A stretch of DNA of 64,000 bases from Akkermansiaceae bacterium (GCA_947491475.1 CANLKN010000002.1:6956-70955), one strand, 5' to 3'. Shown: positions 42,089 through 53,839, counted from the stretch's first letter. Numbers and translations are program-made. The notes: generated from the letters alone by a model not told the origin.

Positions 42089-42156
42089 CAGCTTCTGACG
42101 AAAGAAAGGAGTGGGTCTCGCACCCACTCTTTTGCGTCTCCGGACATCAGAAGCTG
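42089..42156 (+). promoter_or_regulatory. Nested hairpin in the nusA leader (outer 10-bp stem enclosing a terminator-like hairpin with a T-run)
   Basis: The outer stem pairs CAGCTTCTGA (42089-42098) with TCAGAAGCTG (42147-42156). The inner hairpin is GAGTGGGT-CTCGC-ACCCACTC followed by TTTT (42109-42133). The structure ends 22 nt before the nusA ATG. Confidence 0.45.
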
Positions 42157-42177
42157 CGATTGCAGACACCGCCCGCC

Positions 42178-43464
42178 ATGACCAACGATATCGTCGCCCT
42201 CATCGAGTATTACGAAAAGGAAAAAGGAATCGACCGCGACAAGGTCGTGGCCGCTTTGGAATTCGCCTTTATCTCCGCTTACCGCAAAATGGTTCCCGGT
42301 GCGGATGCCATCGAAACACTGCGTGCCGATGTGAACACCCGCAAGGGTGAGACCCGCATTTTCGCCTCGCTGACCGTGTGCGCCGACGAGGGATACAAGG
42401 ACAAGTTCAACCAGGTGCCGCTCACCACCGCGCTCAAAAAGAATCCCGCCGCGCAGCCCGGAGACATCCAGGAGTTCAACGTCACGCCCAAGGATTTCGG
42501 CCGCATCGCCGTGCAAACCGCCAAGCAGACGATGATGCAGCGGCTCCGCCAGGCGGAAAAGGAAATGATTTACGAGGAGTTCAAGGACCGGGCAGGCGAC
42601 ATCGTTTCGGGCACCGTCCGCCGATTCGAGCGCAATGACGTGATGATCGACCTCGGCAAGTTCGAGGGCGTCATGCCAAACAAAGAGCGCGTCCAAGGCG
42701 AGGACTACAACATCGGCGACCGCATCCGTTGCTACGTCTTGGCGGTGGAAAACGAAGGCCGCGGCCCCGAGATCATCCTCTCGCGCAGCCACCCGAACTT
42801 CGTCCGCCGCTTGTTCGAAGCCGAGGTGAATGAAATTTCCGACCGCACTGTGGAAATCCGCGGCATCGCCCGCGAGTCCGGTTTCCGCACCAAAGTCGCC
42901 GTCTGGAGCATGGACCCGAAAGTGGACCCCGTAGGTGCCTGCGTCGGCATGCGCGGCGCGCGCGTCAAAAACATCGTCCGCGAGCTCAACAACGAGAAGG
43001 TGGACATCATCCGCTGGAGCGAGGACCCGCGTGAATTCGTGCGCGAGGCACTCAAACCCGCCGAACTCCGCTCGATCACCATTGATGAGGCAAACAAGGT
43101 CGTCCACGTCACCGTCGATGAGGCGGATCTCAGCAAGGCAATCGGCCGCAAGGGCCAGAACGCCCGCCTTTCCTCACGCCTGATGGGCTGGGACGTCCAG
43201 GTCCGCCGCGACGAGTCGAAGGAAGAGCAGTTCAAAGAGAAAATCGGTGGAGCTGCCCACACACTTGGCGAACAACTCGGAATCTCCGACGAACTCGCCG
43301 AAAAACTCACCGTCGCCGGCGGCATCTCACCGGAATTCATCACCGGCATGTCCGAAGAAGACATTTCGGAGGCCTTGGAAATTTCCATCGAAGAGGCCGC
43401 GCCCATCCTCGCCCGCGCCTTGGCCATTGTCAGCAATGCCGAATCCGACGACACCAACGACTAA
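42178..43464 (+). CDS. nusA: Transcription termination/antitermination factor NusA
   Basis: N-terminal domain [25 protein letters not shown]1 region [23 protein letters not shown] region [26 protein letters not shown]. Confidence 0.93.
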   Translation: MTNDIVALIEYYEKEKGIDRDKVVAALEFAFISAYRKMVPGADAIETLRADVNTRKGETRIFASLTVCADEGYKDKFNQVPLTTALKKNPAAQPGDIQEFNVTPKDFGRIAVQTAKQTMMQRLRQAEKEMIYEEFKDRAGDIVSGTVRRFERNDVMIDLGKFEGVMPNKERVQGEDYNIGDRIRCYVLAVENEGRGPEIILSRSHPNFVRRLFEAEVNEISDRTVEIRGIARESGFRTKVAVWSMDPKVDPVGACVGMRGARVKNIVRELNNEKVDIIRWSEDPREFVREALKPAELRSITIDEANKVVHVTVDEADLSKAIGRKGQNARLSSRLMGWDVQVRRDESKEEQFKEKIGGAAHTLGEQLGISDELAEKLTVAGGISPEFITGMSEEDISEALEISIEEAAPILARALAIVSNAESDDTND

Positions 43465-43518
43465 GTTCCATAACTTTTGCACTCCCCCACCCTACCTCGA
43501 ACACCGCAGATCAGCCGG

Positions 43519-45669
43519 ATGCCAAAAAACAGCGACAGCTCACCCGAAAAGGAAAAAGTGCTCGATCTTCTCGATACGGGCAAAAAACCGTCACGCCGTG
43601 AGCGCCAGCGCAAGGAAGCCGAACCCGCAGCCCCCGCCGCACCCAGCAAGCTGGAAAAGGCCAAAAGCGAAGCGCTCGATCTGTTTTCCGAGGAAAAGAA
43701 ACCCAAGGTGCGCAAGACCGTCAGCGCCGCCAAACCTGGCCTGACCCCTATCTCCAAGCTGCTTGACCGCGAGGAACCGATCATCGTCAAGCATCCTGCC
43801 AGTGCGCCCGTGCCGTCGCCCGAGGTTGCCCAAGCCGCTGTTTCCGTTGCGGATGCCGTTGCGGATGACGTCGACGCTTCCGCCGATCCCAAGCTGATCG
43901 TCATCAAGCCACCCATCCTCATTCCCGAGCTGGCCGCGCGCCTTGGAGTCAAACCCTTCAAAATCACTGCCGACCTGATCAAGATCGGCGTTTTCCCCGG
44001 CCCCAACCAACCACTCGAACCGGACATCGCCGCCAAAATCTGCGAAATGCACGGCTTCACCTTCGAGCGCGAAAAGCGCGACAAGGACAAGGGTTTCCAC
44101 AAAATCGAGGAAGTCATTAAAGAACCGGAAGTCCCCGCCGAGGAGCCCGAGGACCAACTCAAGGACCGTCCGCCCATCGTCACGATCATGGGCCATGTGG
44201 ACCACGGCAAAACCTCCATCCTCGACTTCTTCCGCAAGTCCAAGGTGGTCGCTGGCGAAGCGGGTGGCATCACCCAGCACATCGGGGCCTATCAGGTGAT
44301 CCACAACGACCGGGAAATCACCTTCCTCGACACCCCCGGCCACGCGATTTTCTCCGACATGCGCGCCCGCGGCGCGGACATCACCGACATCGTCATCATT
44401 GTGGTCGCCGCCAACGACGGAATCATGCCGCAGACACTTGAGGCCATCAATCACGCTAAAAAGGCCGGTAAAACCATCATCGTCGCCATCAACAAGTGCG
44501 ATCTGCCGTCCGCTAATGTGGACCGCGTGAAAAGCCAGCTTGCTGAAAACGGCCTGCAAACCACCGACTTCGGAGGCGACACGGAATTCGCCGCAGTTTC
44601 CGCGCTTAACGGCCAGGGCATGGAGGATCTGCTCGAGTTGGTCGCCCTGCAGGCCGAAGTTCTCGAACTCAAGGCCAACCCCAAAACCACCACCCGCGCC
44701 GCCGTCATCGAAGCCCGTGTGGTCCCCGGCCGTGGCACCACCGCCACTGTCATCATCGAGTCCGGCACCCTCAAGACCGGCATGCCCTTCATTTGCGGCC
44801 CGTTTTCCGGAAAAGTCCGCTCGCTGGTCAACGACCGCGGCCAGACCATCAAATCCGCCCACCCCGGTATGCCCGTGGAAGTCATCGGTTTTGAGGAACT
44901 CCCCAACGTCGGCGATCACCTCACCGAGATGAAAACCGAGCGCGAGGCCAAGACGCTGGCCAGCGAGCGCCAGGAAGCGATGCGCCTTGAACGACTCAAA
45001 CCGCAGCACCGCAACCGCATGCAGGATCTCTACGCCATGGTCAACGATGGCGGCGGCAAGGCCCAGCTCAAGCTCATCCTCAAGTGCGACGTGCAAGGCT
45101 CCGTGGAAGCCATCAGGAAAGCCGTGCTCGCCATCGAATCTGCAAAGGTCGAGTCCTCGTTCATCACCGCCGCCGCCGGCCCTATCACTGAGTCGGACGT
45201 CGCCTACGCCGCATCCACCGATGCCATTATCCTCGGCTTCAACGTCAAGGTCGAGGCCAAGGCAGTCAAGGCCGCCAAGGCCGCCGAGGTGGAAATCAAA
45301 CTCTACTCTGTGGTTTACGAACTCATCGACCAAGTGCGCGAGGCAATGCTCGGACTGCTCGAACCGCTCACCCGCGAGACGGTCATTGGCCACGCAGAGG
45401 TCCGCCAGGTGTTCAAGCTCTCGCGCGGCCGTGCCGCCGGTTCGTTTGTCACCGACGGCCGCATCCACCGCAAGGCCCACGCCCGCGTCATCCGCGGCGG
45501 CATCCCGGTCTTCGACGGCCGAATGTCCACGCTCCGCCGCTTCCAGGAAGAAGTCGAGGAAGTCCGCACCAACTTCGAATGCGGCATCCGCCTTGGCGAA
45601 TTCAATGAATACCAGGAAGGCGACATCATCGAGTGCTACAAACTCGATAAAGTCCCGCAGACGCTGTGA
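43519..45669 (+). CDS. infB: Translation initiation factor IF-2
   Basis: G domain motifs [14 protein letters not shown] and NKCD. A basic/Pro-rich N-terminal extension precedes it. ATG at 43519. Confidence 0.95.
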   Translation: MPKNSDSSPEKEKVLDLLDTGKKPSRRERQRKEAEPAAPAAPSKLEKAKSEALDLFSEEKKPKVRKTVSAAKPGLTPISKLLDREEPIIVKHPASAPVPSPEVAQAAVSVADAVADDVDASADPKLIVIKPPILIPELAARLGVKPFKITADLIKIGVFPGPNQPLEPDIAAKICEMHGFTFEREKRDKDKGFHKIEEVIKEPEVPAEEPEDQLKDRPPIVTIMGHVDHGKTSILDFFRKSKVVAGEAGGITQHIGAYQVIHNDREITFLDTPGHAIFSDMRARGADITDIVIIVVAANDGIMPQTLEAINHAKKAGKTIIVAINKCDLPSANVDRVKSQLAENGLQTTDFGGDTEFAAVSALNGQGMEDLLELVALQAEVLELKANPKTTTRAAVIEARVVPGRGTTATVIIESGTLKTGMPFICGPFSGKVRSLVNDRGQTIKSAHPGMPVEVIGFEELPNVGDHLTEMKTEREAKTLASERQEAMRLERLKPQHRNRMQDLYAMVNDGGGKAQLKLILKCDVQGSVEAIRKAVLAIESAKVESSFITAAAGPITESDVAYAASTDAIILGFNVKVEAKAVKAAKAAEVEIKLYSVVYELIDQVREAMLGLLEPLTRETVIGHAEVRQVFKLSRGRAAGSFVTDGRIHRKAHARVIRGGIPVFDGRMSTLRRFQEEVEEVRTNFECGIRLGEFNEYQEGDIIECYKLDKVPQTL

Positions 45670-45765
45670 AGTAAAAGCTGAGATTCTGAAATGCTGAAAA
45701 GCTGAAATTCAGAGTTCAATCTTCGAAGTTTTATCATATTTCAGCATCCCAGCATTTACCACCAA

Positions 45766-46125
45766 ATGTCCCGCCGCTTAGATCGAGTCAACGAACTGCT
45801 CCGCCGTGAGATCGGCAATGTCATCCAAAAGGATTATGAATGGCATGGCAAACTCGTCACCGTGAGCGAGGTGGAAATCACCCAGGACCTCAAGGAAGGC
45901 AAAGTCTGGACCAGCGTGCTCGGCGGCGATGCCGGCCCGGTCATCGACAAGCTCAACCGCGAACACGGCTCCATCCAAGGCAAGGTGATGAAGCGCGTGG
46001 TTCTCAAATCCACTCCCGTGCTGCGCTTCTGCTGTGACAACTCCGCCGCCCGCGGCGTGGGCATGGTCAACCTGCTTGAAGAAGTTGACAAACTGCCGAA
46101 AGCTCCCGAGGCGGAGCCAGAGTGA
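45766..46125 (+). CDS. rbfA: Ribosome-binding factor A
   Basis: MSRRLDRVNELLRREIGNVIQKD... 119 aa, directly downstream of infB. Confidence 0.9.
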   Translation: MSRRLDRVNELLRREIGNVIQKDYEWHGKLVTVSEVEITQDLKEGKVWTSVLGGDAGPVIDKLNREHGSIQGKVMKRVVLKSTPVLRFCCDNSAARGVGMVNLLEEVDKLPKAPEAEPE

Positions 46126-46161
46126 GATTGGCTTTTCCCCGCTGGCCCAAAAACCGTCGCA

Positions 46162-47373
46162 TCACGCCACAAACAAGCCGACGATGGCGGCGCTTGTCAG
46201 ATTCGACAGCGTGGCAGCAGCAACCGCCTTGAGGCCGAGTCGCGCGATTTCCTGCCGGCGCGTCGGTGCCATGCCGCCAAGCCCGCCTAACAGGATCGCA
46301 ATCGATGACAGGTTGGCAAATCCGCACAAGGCCACCGAACAAATCGCGCGCGTCTTGGCGGTCATCGCCTCCTGAATCTTGGTGAGTTCGACATAAGCGA
46401 CAAACTCGTTGAGCACGATTTTCTGGCCGATGAGGCTGCCGCCATCGCGGATTTCGGCAAAGGGAATTCCCGCCAGCCATGCCAGCGGCGAGAAAGCCCA
46501 ACCGAGGATCCATTGCAGGCTGAGGCCTTGCATTCCAAACCATGCGCCGATGCCGCCGAGCATCAGGTTCAACAGCGCGATCAGACCGATGAATGCCAGC
46601 AGCATGGCTCCCACATTGAGCGCGAGTTTCAGGCCGGTGGCGGCACCCAATGCCGCAGCGTCCAGCACGTTGGCGGGATTTTCGTCGCCTTCCGCAAACG
46701 CCGGCACCGCCTCCTGCGGCTTGTCGATTTCCGGCATCATCAGCTTGGCATACAACAATCCCCCCGGCGCGGCCATGAACGAGGCCGCCAGCAGATATTT
46801 CATCTCCACACCCATCGATGCGTAGCCCGCCAGCACCGAGCCCGCCACACTTGCCAAGCCGCCCACCATCACTGCAAACAACTCCGAGGTTGTCATGCGC
46901 GGCACATAGGGCTTCACCACCAGCGGCGCCTCGGTCTGGCCTACGAAAATGTTGGCCGCCGCGGACATCGACTCCGCGGAGCTCGTTCCTAACAATTTCC
47001 GCAAGCCGCCGCCCAGCAACCGGATCACCCGCTGCATGATGCCCAGATAATACAAAACCGCGATCAACGAGGAGAAAAACACGATCATCGGCAGCACACG
47101 CAGCGCGAACACAAAGCCGATGCCGCCTCCGTCCGCTGTCAGTGGCCCGAAGAGGAAATCCACGCCAGTCTTTCCCGCGCCGATCGCATCAGTCACCAAC
47201 GTGCTGAGCCAGTCGAGCGCATCGCGCCCCTGCGGCACACCAAAGACCAGAGCGCCGATGCCGATCTGGATCGCAAACGCCAATCCCACCGTGCGCCAGC
47301 GCACCGATGTCCTGTGGCTCGACATCGCCCATGCCACCGCCATGAAAACCCCGATTCCCAAGATGCCAATCAT
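46162..47373 (-). CDS. nupC: NupC/CNT-family nucleoside transporter
   Basis: The polytopic profile and [17 protein letters not shown] and [16 protein letters not shown] stretches are typical of concentrative nucleoside transporters. ATG at 47373. Confidence 0.86.
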   Translation of the reverse strand: MIGILGIGVFMAVAWAMSSHRTSVRWRTVGLAFAIQIGIGALVFGVPQGRDALDWLSTLVTDAIGAGKTGVDFLFGPLTADGGGIGFVFALRVLPMIVFFSSLIAVLYYLGIMQRVIRLLGGGLRKLLGTSSAESMSAAANIFVGQTEAPLVVKPYVPRMTTSELFAVMVGGLASVAGSVLAGYASMGVEMKYLLAASFMAAPGGLLYAKLMMPEIDKPQEAVPAFAEGDENPANVLDAAALGAATGLKLALNVGAMLLAFIGLIALLNLMLGGIGAWFGMQGLSLQWILGWAFSPLAWLAGIPFAEIRDGGSLIGQKIVLNEFVAYVELTKIQEAMTAKTRAICSVALCGFANLSSIAILLGGLGGMAPTRRQEIARLGLKAVAAATLSNLTSAAIVGLFVA

Positions 47374-47486
47374 TCCGCTTGCTATCGCATCCCCCCCGCC
47401 CGGGGAAGCACCATTCCTCGTTTTTCTTGCCCGCAGCCGCCACCCCGGCCAGTCTCCGCGCGGTGGATGAGCACGAACAGAACCCG

Positions 47487-48857
47487 ATGGACGACTTGCT
47501 GCGGGCACTCGATGCGGCCGATTGCAGCGCGCTGCTTGCCGCCGCCGAGGATGTCCACTACGCCGACCTCGCATCGCTCTACGAAAACCTCGACGACGAA
47601 AAGCGCGACCTGTTGCTGAAAACCATCGGCCCGGAACTTGCCACCGACGTCATCGCCGAGCTGCCGGACACCCTCATCGAGGATGCGCTCAACCACTTCA
47701 AGCCAGCCCAACTCCGCGTGCTGTTAGGAAATCTTTCTGACGACGACCGCGTGGATGTATTCCAAGTGGTCAGCGAGGAAGCACAGGTCCGTTTCTTCAG
47801 TTTGCTCGGCCCGCGCGACAAGGAACTCACCCGCAGCCTGCTCAAATACGAGGAGGACACCGCCGGCGGCCGGATGACCACCCGCATCGGCCGCATCACC
47901 GCCGACATGACGGTGAAACAAGCCATCACTGTGCTACGCCGCGATCGCGAGGACACCGAGACGCTCGCACGGATTTTCGTGGTCGATGAACAAGGCCGCC
48001 TCGCCGGAAAAATCCGCCTGCGCGACCTCGCCTTCAGCACTTGGGACACGCCCATCCGCGATATCATGGAGGAGGCCGACGAATACATCCTCGCCAACGC
48101 CGACCAGGAAGAAGCAGCGCGCACGCTTTCGAAATACGACCTTGTTGTGCTTCCGGTGGTCGATGAATTCCATCATCTGTTAGGTGTGCTCACCTATGAT
48201 GATGCGCTGGAAATTCTGCAGGAAGAATCCACCGAGGACATTGAAAAACTCGCTGCCATCAGTGGTGAGCAATCCGAGGTGACCTATCTGAATACCAGCG
48301 TCGCGCTGCAATACCGCCGCCGCGTGGCGTGGTTGGTGGGCTTGGCATTTGTTTCCATCGCCTCCGGCTATGTGATGTTTCGTTTCAGTGAAACGCTGGA
48401 AAAAGCCTTTGTTCTCGCACTCTTCCTGCCGATGGTGGTGGCGGCCGGCGGCAACTCCGGCGGCCAAGCCGCCACCATGGTGATCCGGGCGATGGCGCTC
48501 GGTGAAATCGATACCGGCAACGCATTGCGCATCGCCTGGAAGGAAGCGCGCACCGGGCTTTTTCTCGGTCTCTCGCTCGGTGTTGCGATCGCAGCATTCA
48601 TCACCCTCATCCTTCCCAGGCTGCAAAATGGCACCGGCGCGGATTTCGATTTCCTCCACCTCGCCGCCGCCGTCGGCGCCGCAATCACCGTGCAGGTTCT
48701 ATCAGCCACGGTGCTCGGTGCGCTGCTACCCATCGGCGCGCGCGCCATCAAGCTCGACCCAGCCGTCGTTTCCTCGCCATCACTCGCGTCCACCGTCGAT
48801 GTCTCCGGTATGTTGATTTATTTCTCCACCGCCGGTGCGATTCTAAATCTGCATTGA
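47487..48857 (+). CDS. mgtE: Magnesium transporter MgtE
   Basis: MgtE N-domain, a CBS pair ([36 protein letters not shown]) and a C-terminal 5-TM domain. ATG at 47487. Confidence 0.92.
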   Translation: MDDLLRALDAADCSALLAAAEDVHYADLASLYENLDDEKRDLLLKTIGPELATDVIAELPDTLIEDALNHFKPAQLRVLLGNLSDDDRVDVFQVVSEEAQVRFFSLLGPRDKELTRSLLKYEEDTAGGRMTTRIGRITADMTVKQAITVLRRDREDTETLARIFVVDEQGRLAGKIRLRDLAFSTWDTPIRDIMEEADEYILANADQEEAARTLSKYDLVVLPVVDEFHHLLGVLTYDDALEILQEESTEDIEKLAAISGEQSEVTYLNTSVALQYRRRVAWLVGLAFVSIASGYVMFRFSETLEKAFVLALFLPMVVAAGGNSGGQAATMVIRAMALGEIDTGNALRIAWKEARTGLFLGLSLGVAIAAFITLILPRLQNGTGADFDFLHLAAAVGAAITVQVLSATVLGALLPIGARAIKLDPAVVSSPSLASTVDVSGMLIYFSTAGAILNLH

Positions 48858-48945
48858 GGAAACGACAGATTTCTTGGGATTGAAATGTGTCGGTTTTGCC
48901 TCTTTCCGGCGCTGGGATGAAATAAAACTGCGCTTTGTGAAACAA

Positions 48946-49098
48946 TCACATCTTGCGAACCACGAGGACGCGTCGGTCCAATACCATCTGTTCCTCACTT
49001 CCTGTAGGTTGGATGGGATACAATTCGCCATAGCCATGGGTGCCGGGCGCAGGTTGCATGCATGCTGCGGCAATAAGCAATGCGTATGATTTTTTCAC
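48946..49098 (-). CDS. Possible small lipoprotein (50 aa)
   Basis: A GTG start gives (M)KKSYALLIAAACMQPAPGTHGYGELYPIQ... with a lipobox-like LIAAAC. It was found by hand and is too short for the ORF track. It conflicts with the listed ORF 48843..49073, which looks non-coding. Confidence 0.35.
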   Translation of the reverse strand: MKKSYALLIAAACMQPAPGTHGYGELYPIQPTGSEEQMVLDRRVLVVRKM

Positions 49099-49125
49099 GA
49101 TGATAGTGGTGATTGGTCGAGAGGT

Positions 49126-49338
49126 TTAATCGCAGCATCCCGAGATCTTGGATCCGCTTTTCTCCAAGGCTTCTTCAACCGCTTCACGGGTTTCGCCGGC
49201 GCGTTTCTGAATCCTTCCAATCAATTCGTCTTTTTTTCCTTCGACGTATTGAAGGTCGTCATCCGTGAGATTCGCCCACTTCTGGGTCAGCTTCCCTTTG
49301 ATGATGTTCCAGTCGCCTTTGATTTGTAGTTTGTTCAT
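49126..49338 (-). CDS. CsbD-family stress-response protein
   Basis: MNKLQIKGDWNIIKGKLTQKWANLTDDDLQYVEGKKDELIGRIQKRAG is the classic CsbD repeat. ATG at 49338. Confidence 0.85.
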   Translation of the reverse strand: MNKLQIKGDWNIIKGKLTQKWANLTDDDLQYVEGKKDELIGRIQKRAGETREAVEEALEKSGSKISGCCD

Positions 49339-49799
49339 GATGTTTAGTTGTTTATGATATGATTCATGTTCAATGCGCCGGTGAAAATAATCCAGCCGCC
49401 GTATTACCCTCGCAGAATACATATGAGTCAAAAAATAGCCAATAGGGTGATTCCCTACCGCGGATTTACCAAGAATTTCACAACCCACGCCGGCGTCCCC
49501 GAACTTGCGGATCTCGGGATCAGGTTCGCCTCGTGGCGATAGCAGGCCGATGCGCTCAAATCTGTGGCATGAGAGACGAAGTGGATCTGGGAAAACCAAA
49601 AAACCTGTCAGAAAACCAGCATGTGACGGCTCCAAAATTTTCAGGGCGCAACTCTTTCTCCTGGCAGTTGTTTCATGGATGTGTCCCGGGACATTTCCTC
49701 CTGCCTCATGTTCTCAGCAATAGCGCGCCTCCGTGTCGGAAGCGCTGCGGATTATGCTAGGGGCATGCCAAGGCCTAATATCATTACTCATCCATTGTC

Positions 49800-51047
49800 A
49801 TGAATCGCCTCGTTTCCCACGGCCTTGCCATCGCCTTGGCCACAACACTCCACGGACAAGTCTATGATTTCTCCGCCGCGTCGGCCCATCTGGACGCCAA
49901 TCTCGCCGTGTTTAACAACCGCATCCTCGTCATCGTGGAGCACGAGACCATGGGCGAGATCTTCCGCTATCGGTCCGGCCTGATCTCACAAGACACGAAG
50001 CTCGCCATCGCATCGGCCAGCAAGTGGCTGTCCGCCGCCATCGTGCTGTCATGTACCGAGAAAGGATTGTTCAATATGGATGACCGCGTGGGCCAATACC
50101 TGCCCATTTTCGATACCTATGGAAAAGGCCACATCACCATCCGTCAGTGCTTCTCCATGAAGAGCGGCCTGTCGCTGGCAGACCCTGCCTACGAGCTCGA
50201 TTCCTCCCTTACACTGCAGCAGTCGGTGGATCTTATCGCTGCCAACACGCCCATTGTTTTCACTCCGGGCACCATGCTCGACTATCAGGCGGACGGCATG
50301 CAGACCGTGGGCCGAATTTGTGAAGTGGTCACCGGCAAGGACTGGCGCACACTGGCACGCGAGGTGCTCTTCGATCCGCTAAACATGCCCGAAGCGGACT
50401 ACAACACCTTCGGGCTTAATCCCGCAGTGGCGGGTGGCGCGCGATGCTCTGCGGCCGAATACCTGAAATTCCTCCGCATGATCCTCCGCAACGGTTTGGC
50501 GGATAACGGCAATGTCATCCTATCCAGCCGCAGCGTGCAGGAGTTCTTCACCAATCAAACCTACGGCCTGCCGGAATATTACAGCCCGATCCAGGATTCC
50601 GGGTTCTATGTCTATGGCGAGCGTCCTGATTACGGCATGGGCTCGTGGGTCATGGCGCAGAATCCCGCGGGCGGCGCGGTGGAGGAAGTCGCCAGCCCGG
50701 GCGCGTTCGGAACTTTTCCTTGGGTGGATCGCAAGCGTCAGCTGCGCGGCATCATCTTCATGCTCGGAGTGGGTTCTACCGCCTGGCAAGCCAGTGTGGA
50801 ACTCCAGTCGATCCTCCGCGCCGAGATCGATCTCAAAGGCCTCCCGGCCGAGGAACCACCCGGGCCGGTAACCTCCAGCCGCGTTCCCGGTTATCTGAAA
50901 CTTTCCTGGCCCGGTGACGGCGAGTTGGAAACGTCCACCGATTTCAAGACCTGGGTGCCGCTATCGTGGGCATCCTCGCCTTTTCACGAATCGCTGGACC
51001 GCCCGCCTGGAATCAAGATGTTCTACCGCGTCCGCCGGACCCTGTAG
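49800..51047 (+). CDS. Beta-lactamase-fold serine hydrolase with a C-terminal FYRV module
   Basis: SxxK motif in LAIASASKWLSAAIV. Signal peptide. About 60-aa tail LKLSWPGDGELETSTDFKTWVPL...KMFYRVRRTL. Confidence 0.8.
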   Translation: MNRLVSHGLAIALATTLHGQVYDFSAASAHLDANLAVFNNRILVIVEHETMGEIFRYRSGLISQDTKLAIASASKWLSAAIVLSCTEKGLFNMDDRVGQYLPIFDTYGKGHITIRQCFSMKSGLSLADPAYELDSSLTLQQSVDLIAANTPIVFTPGTMLDYQADGMQTVGRICEVVTGKDWRTLAREVLFDPLNMPEADYNTFGLNPAVAGGARCSAAEYLKFLRMILRNGLADNGNVILSSRSVQEFFTNQTYGLPEYYSPIQDSGFYVYGERPDYGMGSWVMAQNPAGGAVEEVASPGAFGTFPWVDRKRQLRGIIFMLGVGSTAWQASVELQSILRAEIDLKGLPAEEPPGPVTSSRVPGYLKLSWPGDGELETSTDFKTWVPLSWASSPFHESLDRPPGIKMFYRVRRTL

Positions 51048-51185
51048 GGACCTCGCCGCCAGCAGGTCGGCGCTGGCAACCGAGGCTATCACAACATGCG
51101 CCCGCTATCGGATCGGGAATGGGGCCCGGGGGCGGGCAGAAGCAGACGTCGGAACTGGAGTAAAATTGCTCCAGCTAAAGTTTCA

Positions 51186-52613
51186 CTAAGGCTTGAGCGT
51201 GCTTTCCAGCCGGAGGAAGCCGCGGTCTGCGGAAATGGGCAGCCAGGCGCGCGCGAGGCCGTCGGGACCGGATTGCGGCAGCACTGCAATGGGCGTGAAG
51301 GGAGTTGTTAGATCATATGAATACGCCGGCGAGAGCGAGTAGCGGCTGGAAACCGGCAGGCGGATCGGATAGGCAAGTTCGAGCAGCGGGCCCTGGCCGA
51401 AATCCCTCACGGCGGAGGAAACTTTCCACGCATCATGGCGCGTGGGGTCGAGACCGACGGCGAATTCCACCGCCGCTGCATTGCCATCGCCATCGGAATC
51501 ATCGTCGTGCGGCAGGCCTGTTAGACCGAAGGCCGTCATCCATGTGGCGAAGGGCATGTCGATTTGAGCGGCTGACTTGTAGTGCAGTCCGGACAGGATT
51601 TCGGTGGCGCTGAGCCGGGCGATGCCGGTATGGTAACGGATGTTGAAGGCGTCGATGATTTCGTTGGCGATGAAGGCCTGGGCGTTGGTGTTGGGATGGA
51701 AGTTCGCGCTGTATTCGCCATTGAGCCAGACGTAGTCGAGATTGCCGCTGGTGGAACCGGCGTTGATGAAAGGGATGCCGTGGATGACCAGCGGTGCGGG
51801 CTGCAGCAGCCTGAGGGTGGGCGTGAACACGTCCGCGTAGCCGAGCCCGCGCTGGTGTGCCAGGGCAGCCAAGCCGCTGTTGAGCTGCCCCAGCACCTCG
51901 CTGACGCGGCCTGTGGCGAGCGGATCGGTGGGATAACGCCTCTTGATATCCGGCGTGATGCCGATGTGCGGGACGTTGACCAATACAATCTGCAGGTCCG
52001 GGTTGAGCGTCAGCACACGGTCGAGAATCTCCGCGGCATCGTTGAGGAAATCGGGAATGAAAGTTCCGGCGGAGCCACCTTGATAAATAGTGCCATAGAC
52101 GGCGCGCACGTCGTTGCCGCCGATGAACAAGACAAGCCGGTCGGCGTTGGTTTGGATCTGTGTTTCCAGATCGCTCCGGCTGAATGCGGTGTCCTTGTTC
52201 AGATCCGAAAGCGATAATAGCAGCGAAAGATTGAGGTCGGCATCTACCATGTCGCGGAAGGTGGTTTCGCCAGCCATGAAAGAGCGGAGTTCCTCGATTT
52301 TGAGCCCCGGTAGTGACCAGTTCGAATCATGGCGGAAAAGCAGTGTGTAGATGCTGGCCAAGCGGAACTCCCGGCGCGCGCCGATGTCGAAATAGGATTT
52401 TCGATAGGCTGGATTGTTGAGGATTTCGATCCAGTTGCGCACCTCCGGGCCGAAGCCGTCGCCGAAAGTGGCCACGAAAGGAATCCACACCTCGAATCCG
52501 AACTCGGCTTCATAGGCGTAGGTGAGCGAATCACCCAGTGTCACGCATTGCCCGGAGACCGGTGAGGGTTGGAGAAACCATGCAGCGGAGAGGATGAGGG
52601 GTAGCGCTTTCAT
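51186..52613 (-). CDS. SGNH/GDSL hydrolase (carbohydrate esterase-like) with an Asp-rich Ca-binding-like motif and an FLRL tail
   Basis: GDS block VTLGDSLTYAY and block III FIGGNDV. DDDSDGDGNAAAVEFAVGLDP. Tail GFLRLESTLKP. Signal peptide from the ATG at 52613. Confidence 0.8.
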   Translation of the reverse strand: MKALPLILSAAWFLQPSPVSGQCVTLGDSLTYAYEAEFGFEVWIPFVATFGDGFGPEVRNWIEILNNPAYRKSYFDIGARREFRLASIYTLLFRHDSNWSLPGLKIEELRSFMAGETTFRDMVDADLNLSLLLSLSDLNKDTAFSRSDLETQIQTNADRLVLFIGGNDVRAVYGTIYQGGSAGTFIPDFLNDAAEILDRVLTLNPDLQIVLVNVPHIGITPDIKRRYPTDPLATGRVSEVLGQLNSGLAALAHQRGLGYADVFTPTLRLLQPAPLVIHGIPFINAGSTSGNLDYVWLNGEYSANFHPNTNAQAFIANEIIDAFNIRYHTGIARLSATEILSGLHYKSAAQIDMPFATWMTAFGLTGLPHDDDSDGDGNAAAVEFAVGLDPTRHDAWKVSSAVRDFGQGPLLELAYPIRLPVSSRYSLSPAYSYDLTTPFTPIAVLPQSGPDGLARAWLPISADRGFLRLESTLKP

Positions 52614-52770
52614 GGCCGGGCTCCTCACCCATCGCCGTGCTCCGGCGATTAGCAAACGCTAAAGCTCGATGCCGCTGCGCAATCACGGCAGAGACGGTGA
52701 AACTCGCTGATGAAGTGCGGCGAGAACGAACGATGATTTCTCCGGATTGATTTCCATGTTCTTTAACGTG

Positions 52771-53768
52771 TCAGTTTTCCCTTTTCCCGGAACTGAAGTC
52801 GAGGATCAGGCTGCGATGGTCCTTGCGGATGGTGACTTGATCGGCGGGATAAGTGCTGGTGATGAAGGGACTTTGATATGTGAAGGGCGGCGCGTATTGG
52901 ACCGGAGCGCCGTTGATTTGCGGGGGCTCGCCAGACTTGGCGAAGAAGGTGAAGCGGCCGGAATCCTGCAGGCCGGTGTATTCCAGCACGCGATCGCGGT
53001 AGGAAAACGGATTAGCCAGCACCGCCTTGCTGAAGGCGGCTAAATCCGGGAAGTCGGCATGGCGTGCCACCTCGATGATGACCGGTGAATACGCGTCCTC
53101 CAGCCGCATCCAGTTGTGGTCCGCGCCCTCCCAAGTGAAGCCGCCGTCGACCGGCCGGACCGCAGCGTAGGCATGCGGGGCCTCGACAAATACCCAGCCC
53201 GCTTCCTCCGTGCGGCGCATTTCCTTCCAAAAATAGACGCGCATGTCATCGGCAGTGTATTGGCTGGTGTCGAGTTTCTGCACGATGAGCGTGCCCTTGT
53301 TCTGCACGGACCATTGTTCGTTGTTGCCGCGGTCGTGCTCGCCGGTGGCGGTGGCCTGCGGAACAGTTGCGGGGAAAACCAGTAGAAGCCGAACTCGCTG
53401 TTTTCCAGCCTGCCATCCGGCGCGAGCAGTTCCTTGCGGACATCAATAACCGCTTGGTTTGCCTCGGGCAGGCGCTCATTGCGGAACATCGCGGCAAGTG
53501 CGAAGCATAACTTGTTCCAGGCAAATTGCTGCATCTGCTCCGGCGCGGCGGGACCGGGGAAGGTTTGCTCCACCTGGCTGCGCAGGACCTTGTCACGCCG
53601 GGCCTCGAAACCGTCGAGCACGGCCTGGAGCTGGGCATCGGAGAGTGATGCGGCATGGTCCTTGTTTTCAGAGCCTTGGGCGCCACTTGTTAGCAAGGCA
53701 AGCACCAGGATGCTTGTCAGTCTGGCACACCCCCATGCCGCACTTTGGATATTGATTCGAGACTTCAT
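52771..53768 (-). pseudogene. Secreted hypothetical protein of the glycan locus, one frameshift
   Basis: ORF 53040..53825 makes sense only up to ...FGFYWFSPQLF. The sense continues in the frame of ORF 52771..53307 (ATATGEHDRGNNEQWSVQNKGTLIVQ...). The change lies at about 53345-53375. Confidence 0.55.
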
Positions 53769-53839
53769 TCCTCGGGTCATCAGGGGATTCATCATTCCAA
53801 CTACCGATGCATGCGAGTGCTTCATTCACGGCCGCAAAA

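Noticed and set aside
43591-45480. Very long ORFs antisense to, or overlapping, real genes: 43591..45480 (629 aa, antisense to infB), 11498..12670, 42034..43107, 60065..61375, 32523..34055, 5142..6242 and 5759..6679.
   Set aside because: Their composition is dominated by Arg/Gly/Ala/His/Asp runs, which is typical of stop-poor alternative frames in GC-rich DNA. Each overlaps a gene with clear family motifs, and none contains a recognisable motif.
48843-49073. Listed 76-aa ORF on the minus strand.
   Set aside because: It is Cys/Arg/Trp-rich with no signal or motif. A different frame gives a short lipoprotein-like peptide, which I report at low confidence instead.
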